Shown here piece by piece: positions 19,765 to 27,681 of a stretch of 64,000 nucleotides of DNA (position 1 is its first letter; every line of letters starts with the position of its first letter). The notes below the pieces were generated by a model. The model saw only the letters and a program-made list of their open reading frames with translations, was not told the DNA's origin and ran no database searches. The position numbers and the translations under genes are program-made. Source of the DNA: an uncultured Bdellovibrionales bacterium (GTDB taxonomy: Bacteria > Bdellovibrionota > Bdellovibrionia > Bdellovibrionales > SG-bin7). The stretch spans positions 74,298-138,297 of the forward strand of contig CAZCFY010000002.1 of assembly GCA_964498095.1 (NCBI GenBank), given 5' to 3'.

Positions 19765-21768
19765 TTATTTTTTGTTAAGGAACAATTCAACCGTTTTTAC
19801 GCGATTTTCGTCGACAATGACACGTTCCTGGGCTTCCGCACCGGTCCATTTGTCCACAGCTCTAATCACGAGTTCTTTATTTGCTGGGACGGCATAGCGC
19901 TTAAATGGTGGGGTACCAGGAATTTCGTCGCGGTTGATGTAAACGGTCGCATTGTTCGGAAAAATAGTTATATTAAGGTAGCCTTCGGCTGTCTTTTGCA
20001 GAAGTGCTTGTAAAGAGTCACTTTGCTTATCTGCAGTATATTCCGTGCGGTAAATTAAATAACCGGCGAGTTTAAGTGTGATTGCATGCGTACGTTTAGC
20101 TTCTAATTCAATAATCGCCGGTGTAATTTTGCCTATATCCTTGTCGTTAACGATAATCATAGCGCCCGGTGGGTTACTAGTAACGGAGACTTTATACGGC
20201 TCTGCTTTTGAAGGCGAAGCGGTCGTTTGACATTCCAACGGGGGGTTGGGTTGTTCACAAATATTGGCAGTCGTTGGCGAGGTCTTAGTGTTCACTATAG
20301 TAAAAAACCTTGAAACTTTGTCGGGGCCAGTCCAGAGAAGTCCTCCAACGAGGACTATGAACAGCATTAATGTAGGTCCGGGTATGTAGGAGGTCAGGGC
20401 ATTAAAGGAAATACGATTTGTGTCGCGCGCTCCACCTGAGTTCGTCATCGAGGAAGCCCGTGTGGTTGTCTGCGACTGCTTCCTTTTAGCATTAATAATC
20501 TGTTGCGAAAGATTTTCGGTGATCGCGCCCTTACCGGCGGCGCCGATCTTTTCGTGCGACGTGATATTTCGCTGTTGAACTGCTGAGTCGACAAGGTCTT
20601 TAAAGCTAAAATCGGTATCTGTCGTGGTGTTTTGTCGAATGGGTGTTGTGGCCGTAGCGTTGGTCGCACTAATAGCGTTGGTGGCAGTCACTGACTGCAT
20701 CACGGTTTTGCCGTCAAATCTGTTATCAACTGGCGTTTGCGTTGAGGTTAGGGTGCGTGTTGTTTCATCGTTTCCGCTCACGGGAACGTCGGCGAGATCA
20801 ATTTTAGAGTACTCTACTAATTTGTTTCTTATAGTTACGATTTCGTCGGAAAATAACGTTTTTATAACATTGCCAAAATCGTGTTGCGAGAAAGTCGGGT
20901 AATTCTTGTTTAGAAAAGTATTTAAGTCGCGATGAAGTGCAGCTGCGGTTTGATAGCGAAGGTTGCGGTCCTTTGCCAAAGCCTTATTTACAATTTTTTC
21001 TAAGTCCTCTGGAACTTTTGGATTTATTTTTCGCAGCGATGGCACCTGACACTCTCGGATTTTCCTAAGAGTATTCATTTCGTTATTAGCCATAAACAAA
21101 CGGTCGTTAGCGACGAGTTCCCACAAGACGATTCCTAACGAAAAGACATCGGTGCGTAAATCGACTTGAATGCCCTCGGCTTGTTCGGGGCTCATGTAAC
21201 CAAATTTGCCCTTTAGCGTTCCGGCCTTGGTGGCTTCGATTTGGGTTTCGGTTTTGGCGATACCAAAGTCGACGATTTTAATTTCGCCTTCGTAGCTCAT
21301 CATGACGTTTTGCGGACTGATATCACGGTGAGTGATATTCAGCGGGCGTCCGCTCGTACCATCGAGGCAGCGGTGCGCGCTGTCAAGGCCGGCGGCGGCT
21401 TCGCGAATGATAAACAAAATTTGATCAAGACTAAACGACTTGTTGCTTTGTTTCATCCGGTTAATTATTTGCCGCAAGTTTTTTCCTTCGACGAAATCCA
21501 TGACGAGGAAAAACTGACCCTTTTCAACTCCAAACTCAAAGATCGAGACGATGTTGCTGTGTTTTAAGTTAATGGCGATTTTCGCTTCTGACTTAAACAT
21601 TTCCACGAATTCAGGATTGTCGGAGTATTGCGGGAGAATTCTTTTTATGGCTACGTACTTGTTAATGCCGCTGGCACCGGGGGCGCGTGCGAGATAAATC
21701 TCGGCCATACCGCCGGTGGCGATCTTTTCTAAAAGAATATATTTCCCAAATCTTTCAATCTGCGTCAC
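19765..21768 (-). CDS. Hanks-type Ser/Thr protein kinase with a TM helix and two C-terminal PEGA domains
   Basis: VAIKRI, catalytic loop HRDISPQNVM, DFGIAK and YMSPEQ. Ser/Thr/Asn-rich linker, then TM helix LMLFIVLVGGLLW. PEGA-like segments VSVTSNPPGAMIIVNDKDIG and LNITIFPNNATVYINRDEIPG. Confidence 0.9.
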   Translation of the reverse strand: MTQIERFGKYILLEKIATGGMAEIYLARAPGASGINKYVAIKRILPQYSDNPEFVEMFKSEAKIAINLKHSNIVSIFEFGVEKGQFFLVMDFVEGKNLRQIINRMKQSNKSFSLDQILFIIREAAAGLDSAHRCLDGTSGRPLNITHRDISPQNVMMSYEGEIKIVDFGIAKTETQIEATKAGTLKGKFGYMSPEQAEGIQVDLRTDVFSLGIVLWELVANDRLFMANNEMNTLRKIRECQVPSLRKINPKVPEDLEKIVNKALAKDRNLRYQTAAALHRDLNTFLNKNYPTFSQHDFGNVIKTLFSDEIVTIRNKLVEYSKIDLADVPVSGNDETTRTLTSTQTPVDNRFDGKTVMQSVTATNAISATNATATTPIRQNTTTDTDFSFKDLVDSAVQQRNITSHEKIGAAGKGAITENLSQQIINAKRKQSQTTTRASSMTNSGGARDTNRISFNALTSYIPGPTLMLFIVLVGGLLWTGPDKVSRFFTIVNTKTSPTTANICEQPNPPLECQTTASPSKAEPYKVSVTSNPPGAMIIVNDKDIGKITPAIIELEAKRTHAITLKLAGYLIYRTEYTADKQSDSLQALLQKTAEGYLNITIFPNNATVYINRDEIPGTPPFKRYAVPANKELVIRAVDKWTGAEAQERVIVDENRVKTVELFLNKK

Positions 21769-21834
21769 AATATACTTAACCTTATTTATGTATCGGAAAC
21801 TTCATAGCGAAATTGAAAAGTTTTAGGAGATAAA

Positions 21835-22425
21835 ATGCGGTGGATTGGACTCACCGGAGGTATAGGGTCCGGCAAGTCGACTGTTGCGCAATTACTCAGG
21901 AATAATGGCATAGCGGTAATCGATGCCGACGAAGTGGCGCATATGGTGACCAAAAAATCTGGACCCGGCTTTGGTCCAGTCGTGAGCGAATTTGGCCCGG
22001 ATATCGTGGGTGCGGACGGGGAAATTGACCGTCGCAAGCTGGGGCAGGTTGTTTTTGCAAACGCCGTGAAATTAGAAAAGCTGGAGAAAATTTTGCACCC
22101 GCTTATTGCCGCCAAGGTCAAGGAGTTGCGGGAGGACCTTGCGCAAAAAGGCAGAATGTTTGCGGTCTATGACGTGCCTTTGCTTTTTGAAAAAAAAATG
22201 CAAAAGCAATTTGACGAAATTATCGTGGTGTTTTGTTCCACCGATAATCAAATTCGCCGCGCCATGGAGAGAACGGGTCTTAGTGAAAAAGAAATACGCG
22301 AGCGCTTAATGGCGCAGATACCTCTGACGGAAAAGTTAAAGGAAGCCAGCCGCATGATCGAAAACGATGGGACACTCGCTGAATTAGAGGCGCGCGTGAA
22401 AAAACTTGCCGCGAGTTTTAAGTAG
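21835..22425 (+). CDS. coaE: dephospho-CoA kinase
   Basis: N-terminal P-loop GLTGGIGSGKST, ILHPLI motif, 196 aa. Confidence 0.9.
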   Translation: MRWIGLTGGIGSGKSTVAQLLRNNGIAVIDADEVAHMVTKKSGPGFGPVVSEFGPDIVGADGEIDRRKLGQVVFANAVKLEKLEKILHPLIAAKVKELREDLAQKGRMFAVYDVPLLFEKKMQKQFDEIIVVFCSTDNQIRRAMERTGLSEKEIRERLMAQIPLTEKLKEASRMIENDGTLAELEARVKKLAASFK

Positions 22426-22492
22426 TTCCAGGAACTTTAAGTGATGTCGGTACGAGAGCGTGATTACCAGAGCGTGGTTACAAGATCGGCCG

Positions 22493-23152
22493 TTACCAGG
22501 CCCAAGAATAGCCGAGAAGCACAGCTAAAAAAGTTTGATCCGAGCCCACCGCTAAATCCATTCCTACGGCGGCACTCAGGGGATTAATCAAGAGATCTTC
22601 AAAGCCAAACCCCAAACGCAACTGAACGTTATCTTGATTGACGACGCTGGCAAGTCCTTGTTCGCTCTTCATGCGCGAAGAAACGCCCGCCCGCAAGAAT
22701 GGGCGAAATTTCTCTGTACTCGTAAACACCCAGCGCCGATTTACTTGCAAATATCCTACCCCACCGGTGTGGATATCAAATCCTAACTCCCAGTGATTGC
22801 TCGTGTTGGAAGGCAAAAGAAAAACAAATCCAAAAAGAAAGACGAGTTCCAATTTCTCGCGGAGTTTGTCGGGATCAAAAACAAAACCTATGCGTGGCGA
22901 AACTGATTTCTTGTACGGATAAAAGTAGGGCTGATCCTCGCGCTCCTTGGCGCGGTCGCGCAAACTTGATTCTTCCTGGCCCTTGGGTTGGGTAATTTCC
23001 ATTTTTTTGAGTCGTAAGTCTTCTTCGGGCGTCGATGGCGCGACGGGTTCGGACTGAGGTGTAGTCGGTACAGTGATTGTGTCGTTGGGTGCGGCACTGA
23101 CAAAAATGCCGCAAAGAAAAATTCCCAAAAAAAACATGACACAAGTTCGCAT
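22493..23152 (-). CDS. small secreted / outer-membrane protein (hypothetical)
   Basis: Signal peptide FVSAA/PN, a Pro/Glu-rich linker, then a beta-strand-like C-terminal half ending in aromatic residues (LLGYSWAW). Confidence 0.45.
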   Translation of the reverse strand: MRTCVMFFLGIFLCGIFVSAAPNDTITVPTTPQSEPVAPSTPEEDLRLKKMEITQPKGQEESSLRDRAKEREDQPYFYPYKKSVSPRIGFVFDPDKLREKLELVFLFGFVFLLPSNTSNHWELGFDIHTGGVGYLQVNRRWVFTSTEKFRPFLRAGVSSRMKSEQGLASVVNQDNVQLRLGFGFEDLLINPLSAAVGMDLAVGSDQTFLAVLLGYSWAW

Positions 23153-23222
23153 AGCTTTAATAATAATAATCCTAAGTCAAACTTTGAACTTATTTTTTAA
23201 TTTCAGTACCTTGGAGGCTACG

Positions 23223-24377
23223 TTGGGATCTATTAAGGCGTTAATTTTGTTGAGCGCGGTTATTTCTTTGCCGCTGGTGGGTAATGGCCAGGCTCTCGTA
23301 AATCATGCGATTCACCAGGACTATATGAGTATTCGTGCTATGGGAATGGGGAATGCGTTTACCGCTGTTTCTGACGATTATAGCACGATGTTTTACAATC
23401 CCGCAGGTCTAGCTAAACTTCAAAGCGGTACGATTAACATGTTTATCAATGGTGGGATTTCTGACAGCTTCATGTCACTTTACAATGACACGAAAAACAT
23501 TAGCGGTAACACGGATACTGAAAAGACGAATAATGCGCTGGCATTAATTCAGTCAAAATATGATACCGATTATTTTAGCCGTTTAGGTTTGGGCGCGATT
23601 TGGGCGCGTCCACGCTGGGCTATCGCGATTTTACCGCTAGATTTTGAATTAAATATGTCGATTCATCAGGGCGTTGGCCCCCAAATCAACGTTGAAGGAA
23701 ATCAAACAACAACGATTGCCTATGCCTATGGCCGCAAGGTGAAGTGGCACGAAAAACATGAATGGTCGTGGGGCACAACAGTAAAAGCTATGTACCGGGG
23801 TTATGTCGCAAAAAATATGTCGGCGACCGAGTTGGCAACTAATGCGGAGTTTTTTAAGGGTAGTGACGCCAAAGAGGGTTTGGGCGTGGATGCGGATGTT
23901 TCTTTAATGTTCGAGCCCAAGTACGACAGCGGATTTATGAGCGTTGCAGCTCCTACTTTCGTATTTGCCGTGCGCAATATTGCTGACTTAGGGTTTAAAC
24001 AAAATTTACATTTATTTAACAAGGATTCCACCGAGCCACCTGCCGCCGGACGACGAATTGATATCGGTTCGAAGTGGCAATTGCCGACATGGAAGATTTT
24101 TACCGTCCGCGGAATGGTAGACGTGCGCGATATTGGCCACAAGTATTGGAATTACATGAAAGGCCTGCACGTGGGTTTTGAATTTGATTGGAATATAGCA
24201 AGTTGGTGGCGTGGAGGTTGGCGCGTGGGATTAAACCAAGGTTACTGGACCGCAGGCTTCACCGGTAAATTTTTAACTTTTATGCTTGATTTGGCGACTT
24301 GGGGAGAAGAGGTTGGGACCTCGGAAACTCCCACGGAAAATCGCCGTTACATGTTTAACGCGAGTATTGATTTCTAA
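23223..24377 (+). CDS. FadL/TodX-like outer-membrane beta-barrel, paralog 1 of 3
   Basis: Start moved to TTG 23223 (GGAGG 6-7 nt upstream; avoids overlap with the divergent gene). Signal peptide ...VGNGQA. N-terminal motif IRAMGMGNAFTAVSDDYSTMFYNPAGLAKL resembles the E. coli FadL hatch N-terminus ([25 protein letters not shown]). C-terminal NQGYWTAG...ENRRYMFNASIDF. Confidence 0.6.
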   Translation: MGSIKALILLSAVISLPLVGNGQALVNHAIHQDYMSIRAMGMGNAFTAVSDDYSTMFYNPAGLAKLQSGTINMFINGGISDSFMSLYNDTKNISGNTDTEKTNNALALIQSKYDTDYFSRLGLGAIWARPRWAIAILPLDFELNMSIHQGVGPQINVEGNQTTTIAYAYGRKVKWHEKHEWSWGTTVKAMYRGYVAKNMSATELATNAEFFKGSDAKEGLGVDADVSLMFEPKYDSGFMSVAAPTFVFAVRNIADLGFKQNLHLFNKDSTEPPAAGRRIDIGSKWQLPTWKIFTVRGMVDVRDIGHKYWNYMKGLHVGFEFDWNIASWWRGGWRVGLNQGYWTAGFTGKFLTFMLDLATWGEEVGTSETPTENRRYMFNASIDF

Positions 24378-24411
24378 ATCGCAGTTTAAGTTGGCGTTTG
24401 GTTATTGGCGT

Positions 24412-25077
24412 TTAGAGTTTAATCATTACATTCAAGAAAACTGTCGGTTGCATAATATTGTGAGGCGCCCCGCCACCGACAGTACTGCTGTTGACCGCGT
24501 TACCGCCTTCAACGCCATTTTGTAAGTTGCCGGTTCCCCCTGTAAAATTTGGACTGTAATTAACGGTGTGCGCATGCGCGGGCATTTGTTGAACCGTCAA
24601 AGTATGCGTTTCGGCGCCAGCCACGGCACCTAGGGGCCGAGCTGTCAAACCTTGTCCAGCACCGGCTCCCGCCAGAGCGCGGCCGAGTGTTCTTGGCAAC
24701 ATCATACTCTTGTGGGCGGCGAAGTCGGCGGCAGCACTTAGTCCGCGGCCAGAACTCACTGGGCACTGAGGATCAGCGCACGTGGACCACAGCAAAGTGA
24801 AAAGCGCTTGCGTGTCATTATTTGCCAGAGCCGCTCCGCTGAGCGCATCGCCAATTGTGTTGTCGTTCATTAATACCCACCCCGCATCCGCCACGTTCTT
24901 AACGGTGAGTTTGATGTCTCCGGTTGTCCATGCTGCCGAGCCGGATGAAGTTGTATTGCTAGAGGACTGCGCCTCGGCCGTTGTAATTTTCTGCAGTTCC
25001 TTTTCGGTACAAGCGTTGTAGCTAAACGTGATACAGCCAAATAACACCACAAGCGAAAGTACTCTTTCTTTATCCAT
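24412..25077 (-). CDS. phage tail-collar-domain (MdpB-like) lipoprotein
   Basis: GGGGG Shine-Dalgarno upstream. Signal peptide with Cys (FSYNAC). Tail-collar domain pattern GWVLMN...ALFTLL...MLPRTLGRALAGAG...GAETHTLTVQQMPAHAH...GGGAPHNIMQP. Confidence 0.75.
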   Translation of the reverse strand: MDKERVLSLVVLFGCITFSYNACTEKELQKITTAEAQSSSNTTSSGSAAWTTGDIKLTVKNVADAGWVLMNDNTIGDALSGAALANNDTQALFTLLWSTCADPQCPVSSGRGLSAAADFAAHKSMMLPRTLGRALAGAGAGQGLTARPLGAVAGAETHTLTVQQMPAHAHTVNYSPNFTGGTGNLQNGVEGGNAVNSSTVGGGAPHNIMQPTVFLNVMIKL

Positions 25078-25150
25078 TTTTTCCCCCGGTTTATACGTTT
25101 TCTTATCGGCAAAATTTGTCTCCGGATTTAGCTTTCTCAGAGTGAGAATT

Positions 25151-25187
25151 GGGTTGGTGGTGGTGGTGGTGTGAATGGGTGGTGGTT
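25151..25187. repeat. G-rich microsatellite, (TGG)5 plus a GGGTGGTGG tail
   Basis: Read directly as ggttggtggtggtggtggtgtgaatgggtggtggtt. Lies in the divergent region between the tail-collar gene and the transposase-like gene. Confidence 0.9.
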
Positions 25188-25387
25188 TTGAGTTTATTTG
25201 GGCATTGATTGGCTGCTATTATCTTCAAGATTTACAGTCGCCTTTGCAGTTTCATTCCGGCAGCTATTTTTACTTACTTACAAGTAACCCTATTTCCTAA
25301 AAGAATTCGTCGAACACTTTTTAAAAGTAGAAATTACTTTTAAATTAAACTTGATTTTCACAGTGAACATCTGTACCTTCGTTCACG

Positions 25388-26113
25388 TTGCATAAACAAA
25401 TTCCCCTATTGAAAAAAGAAAAGTCGGAGTATGGTGGTGAGCTACTGAAAACGCGTGGTGGCCGCAAAGGGCCGCGTCCGTTGTCGACGGATTACTCTAT
25501 GCATTTGGTGTTGCGTTCATCTTTGGCCAAGGGCAACTGGTCTTTTAAAAATCCACGCAATGAAAGAGAGATTAAAAAAATAATTAAGAAATTTTCGCTA
25601 AAGAATGGCGTAAAAATAATTTCCTATGCCATTGTCGGTAACCATATTCACCTTCAAATTAAATTATCCAATCGCTATACATATAATCGATTTATCCGCG
25701 CGATAGCGGCCGCAATTATGATGGCCGTGACGGGCGTTTGTCGATGGCGCCCGTCGAAGGAAAAATTTTGGGATCTTCGGCCTTTCTCCCGAATCGTAGA
25801 GAGCCTCCGTGCCGTGAGAAATTTGGAAAATTATATTTATCTCAACCGCATCGAAGCGGCCGGCTTCTCTCGCAGCGAAGCGCGCGAGATTTTGCGTCGA
25901 GAGGGGCGGGCGCGGCCGGCGGGGTTTGTGGAAAGGTGCCCAGGGCCGCCAGCTGGGATTGTGGAAATGGGCCACGAGCCGTCTGCTGGATTTGTGGAAA
26001 GGTGCCCAGGGCCGCCAGCTGGGATTGTGGAAATGGGCCACGAGCCGTCTGCTGGATTTGTGGAAAGGCGCTATGGGCCCACTTTGTTTGGCGGTCTCTT
26101 TGAAGTTCTTTGA
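25388..26113 (+). CDS. IS200/IS605-type HUH (Y1) transposase-like protein, RAYT-like, with a repeat-encoded C-terminal extension
   Basis: TTG start. HUH motif in IVGNHIHLQIKL. Tyr motif NYIYLNRIEAAG resembles the YIxxNPxxAG of REP-associated tyrosine transposases. The C-terminus is encoded by a tandem repeat. Confidence 0.7.
   Translation: MHKQIPLLKKEKSEYGGELLKTRGGRKGPRPLSTDYSMHLVLRSSLAKGNWSFKNPRNEREIKKIIKKFSLKNGVKIISYAIVGNHIHLQIKLSNRYTYNRFIRAIAAAIMMAVTGVCRWRPSKEKFWDLRPFSRIVESLRAVRNLENYIYLNRIEAAGFSRSEAREILRREGRARPAGFVERCPGPPAGIVEMGHEPSAGFVERCPGPPAGIVEMGHEPSAGFVERRYGPTLFGGLFEVL
25925..26068 (+). repeat. 66-bp tandem repeat, 2 perfect copies plus 12 nt, with an internal 33-bp sub-period
   Basis: 25925-25990 and 25991-26056 are identical base for base (tttgtggaaaggtgcccagggccgccagctgggattgtggaaatgggccacgagccgtctgctgga). 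A third copy starts at 26057 and diverges after 12 nt. It encodes GFVERCPGPPAGIVEMGHEPSA twice. Confidence 0.95.
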
Positions 26114-26580
26114 AAGTCTCTTTGATTGATCTGTCTGTTGATCTCTCTGATTGGCGCTGTGATGGTCAGGCTGTTAGTCCCTTGTGATTATGATTAATCA
26201 TCTGGGATTAATTATCGCGGACAAAGAAAGTCTTTGAAATTAAAAATTATTAAAAAAAGACCTTATTTGTCTTTTTTAAATAATTTTTGATGAGGTCGGG
26301 GGGCCCGGAGCGGGTAATCTACTTATGTACGTTATTGTTGGCGCGGCCCATTTTTTCGGGATTGCTGCTGCAGATTTTAGATTAATCTCTCAAAAAAATG
26401 ATTTATTTATTGATCGAGCGAGCTGATTCACCGCCGCTAGTGCTTTAGGTCTACCTTCGTTCACCGATTGCGGCTTCTAAGATAGATACCTATGTAGAGC
26501 ACCGGCCTCGACAAGCGACTGATAAAAATTCTAGGAGAGTTGGTATGTCTCCTGATTTTTTTAGAAATAATCTCTTTGAA

Positions 26581-26612
26581 AAAAAGCCAAAGACTGTGCT
26601 TTGGCTTTTTGG
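26581..26612 (-). terminator. Rho-independent terminator (usable on both strands)
   Basis: 10-bp stem aaagccaaag / ctttggcttt with a 6-nt loop, followed by a T-run on each strand. Lies 30 nt downstream of the stop of the minus-strand lipoprotein gene. Confidence 0.7.
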
Positions 26613-26640
26613 TTTTAGAACTATGTGAGCGAAGGTAGAA

Positions 26641-27354
26641 TTATTGAAGAAGAGTGATGAGGGCAGCGCCTATCGCCTGATAGTTTCCGGCATTATTATT
26701 TATTGCCTGACCAATTTGAGTACAGACTGCAGAATTTTGATCCGTAATTACCGCACATTGACTCGAATAAAGAGTCGTAGCAGTTGCTCCAATTGCTGTT
26801 TGCTGTTGTGCGGTAGCTCCTCCCGACGCATTGGTAACGGCAGCGTTAATGTCTGCTGGGTCTGGGGTTTGTCCATTGAGAATATCTGCGAGAATATTTC
26901 CTCCTGCGGCACCACCTGCTTCAGCGACAGTTGTTCCGATTCTCGCGGCACTTGCAAAATAAATATAGCCATTGCTACCAGAAGCTACGCAATCGTTATA
27001 GACGGCAGTTGCTACAGTGCCGCTGCTAAATGCTAACATACCCATCAAAGTCATCGCGGGATCATTAGCGCCGTTATTATCCAACATTCTCCCAACAGCA
27101 TTCGAAATCCGCTGGGAGTCGAGGCCGTCGCCGATGAAGCCGGCGGCGCAACGGATAGAGTAGGACTCGGCAGATGAGTAAGATGCGACCATGGCTTTGC
27201 AGGTGGTCGCGGCGGCGGAGCGGGAAGCGACGGTGCCACCGCTAATTCGGTCCAAACATTTTTGGGCTTTGGCAATGGCGTTGGTTTCGGCGTCTTCGCA
27301 GCCGGTTAGAAATAAAGTGGCGACTCCACATACGCTCAAGAATAAATTTTTCAT
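26641..27354 (-). CDS. Ala/Gly-rich lipoprotein L1, paralog of the 28870..29712 product
   Basis: Start at ATG 27354 (MKNLFL, GGAG upstream). Lipobox LTGC. Shares segments with L2 (SYSIRCAAGF vs ASAYAGKCGL; MTLMGMLAFSSG vs LMMVLIAFAKTG). Confidence 0.6.
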   Translation of the reverse strand: MKNLFLSVCGVATLFLTGCEDAETNAIAKAQKCLDRISGGTVASRSAAATTCKAMVASYSSAESYSIRCAAGFIGDGLDSQRISNAVGRMLDNNGANDPAMTLMGMLAFSSGTVATAVYNDCVASGSNGYIYFASAARIGTTVAEAGGAAGGNILADILNGQTPDPADINAAVTNASGGATAQQQTAIGATATTLYSSQCAVITDQNSAVCTQIGQAINNNAGNYQAIGAALITLLQ

Positions 27355-27681
27355 CCGAATCTCCTGTTGCAATTCAAAATTTCAAAATAAATATGAAGTT
27401 CTATATTAGACCGCGACTGCAAAAGTGTAAAGAGCCTTGAAACTGCGTTGCCGCCAAATGGCCGCCGCGACGTATAGCTGTGGCACCGTAGAACACCATC
27501 TCGTCAAATAAAACCACCTCAGCGCGCGCCAACTTAAGAATATAATAACATTTCTCCTCAACGATCGTCCAGGTGGCGGCGGCCACCTCAACCATAGGCG
27601 CGTCGAGGATGGTAAAAAAGAAGTCAAACGTCTCAAAATCGCTACGTATCATTCCGATAATTTGAGTGAGGAGAATTCATC

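Noticed and set aside
23073-23222. ORF-track N-terminal extension of barrel paralog 1 (start at 23073) and the off-frame ORFs 22875..23144 / 22888..23142
   Set aside because: The extension would overlap the divergent 22493..23152 gene by 80 nt and adds a non-signal-like sequence. A TTG at 23223 with a GGAGG Shine-Dalgarno gives a normal signal peptide and a length matching the two paralogs.
24412-25077. Tail-collar gene as evidence of a prophage
   Set aside because: No capsid, terminase, integrase, baseplate or other tail genes occur anywhere in the window. The protein carries a bacterial lipoprotein-type signal. Stand-alone MdpB-like tail-collar proteins are common in bacterial chromosomes.
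25925-26068. Possible CRISPR-like array suggested by the perfect 66-bp repeats
   Set aside because: There are only about 2.2 directly abutting copies, with no unique spacers between them. No cas genes are nearby. The repeat is in frame with the upstream transposase-like ORF. It is a tandem duplication, not a CRISPR array.
25664-26129. Alternative-frame ORFs over the RAYT repeat region (25664..26041 -, 25738..26103 +, 25926..26129 +)
   Set aside because: They are open only because the GC-rich repeat lacks stops in all frames. None has a recognisable domain or start signal. The HUH/Tyr-motif frame is the supported one.
27401-27652. 83-aa minus-strand ORF in the divergent region between lipoprotein L1 and barrel paralog 2
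   Set aside because: Left unresolved. The sequence is not low-complexity, but it lacks a convincing Shine-Dalgarno. A second frame on the same strand (27406..27636) is equally open, and no family is recognisable. The support is too weak to report it as a gene.
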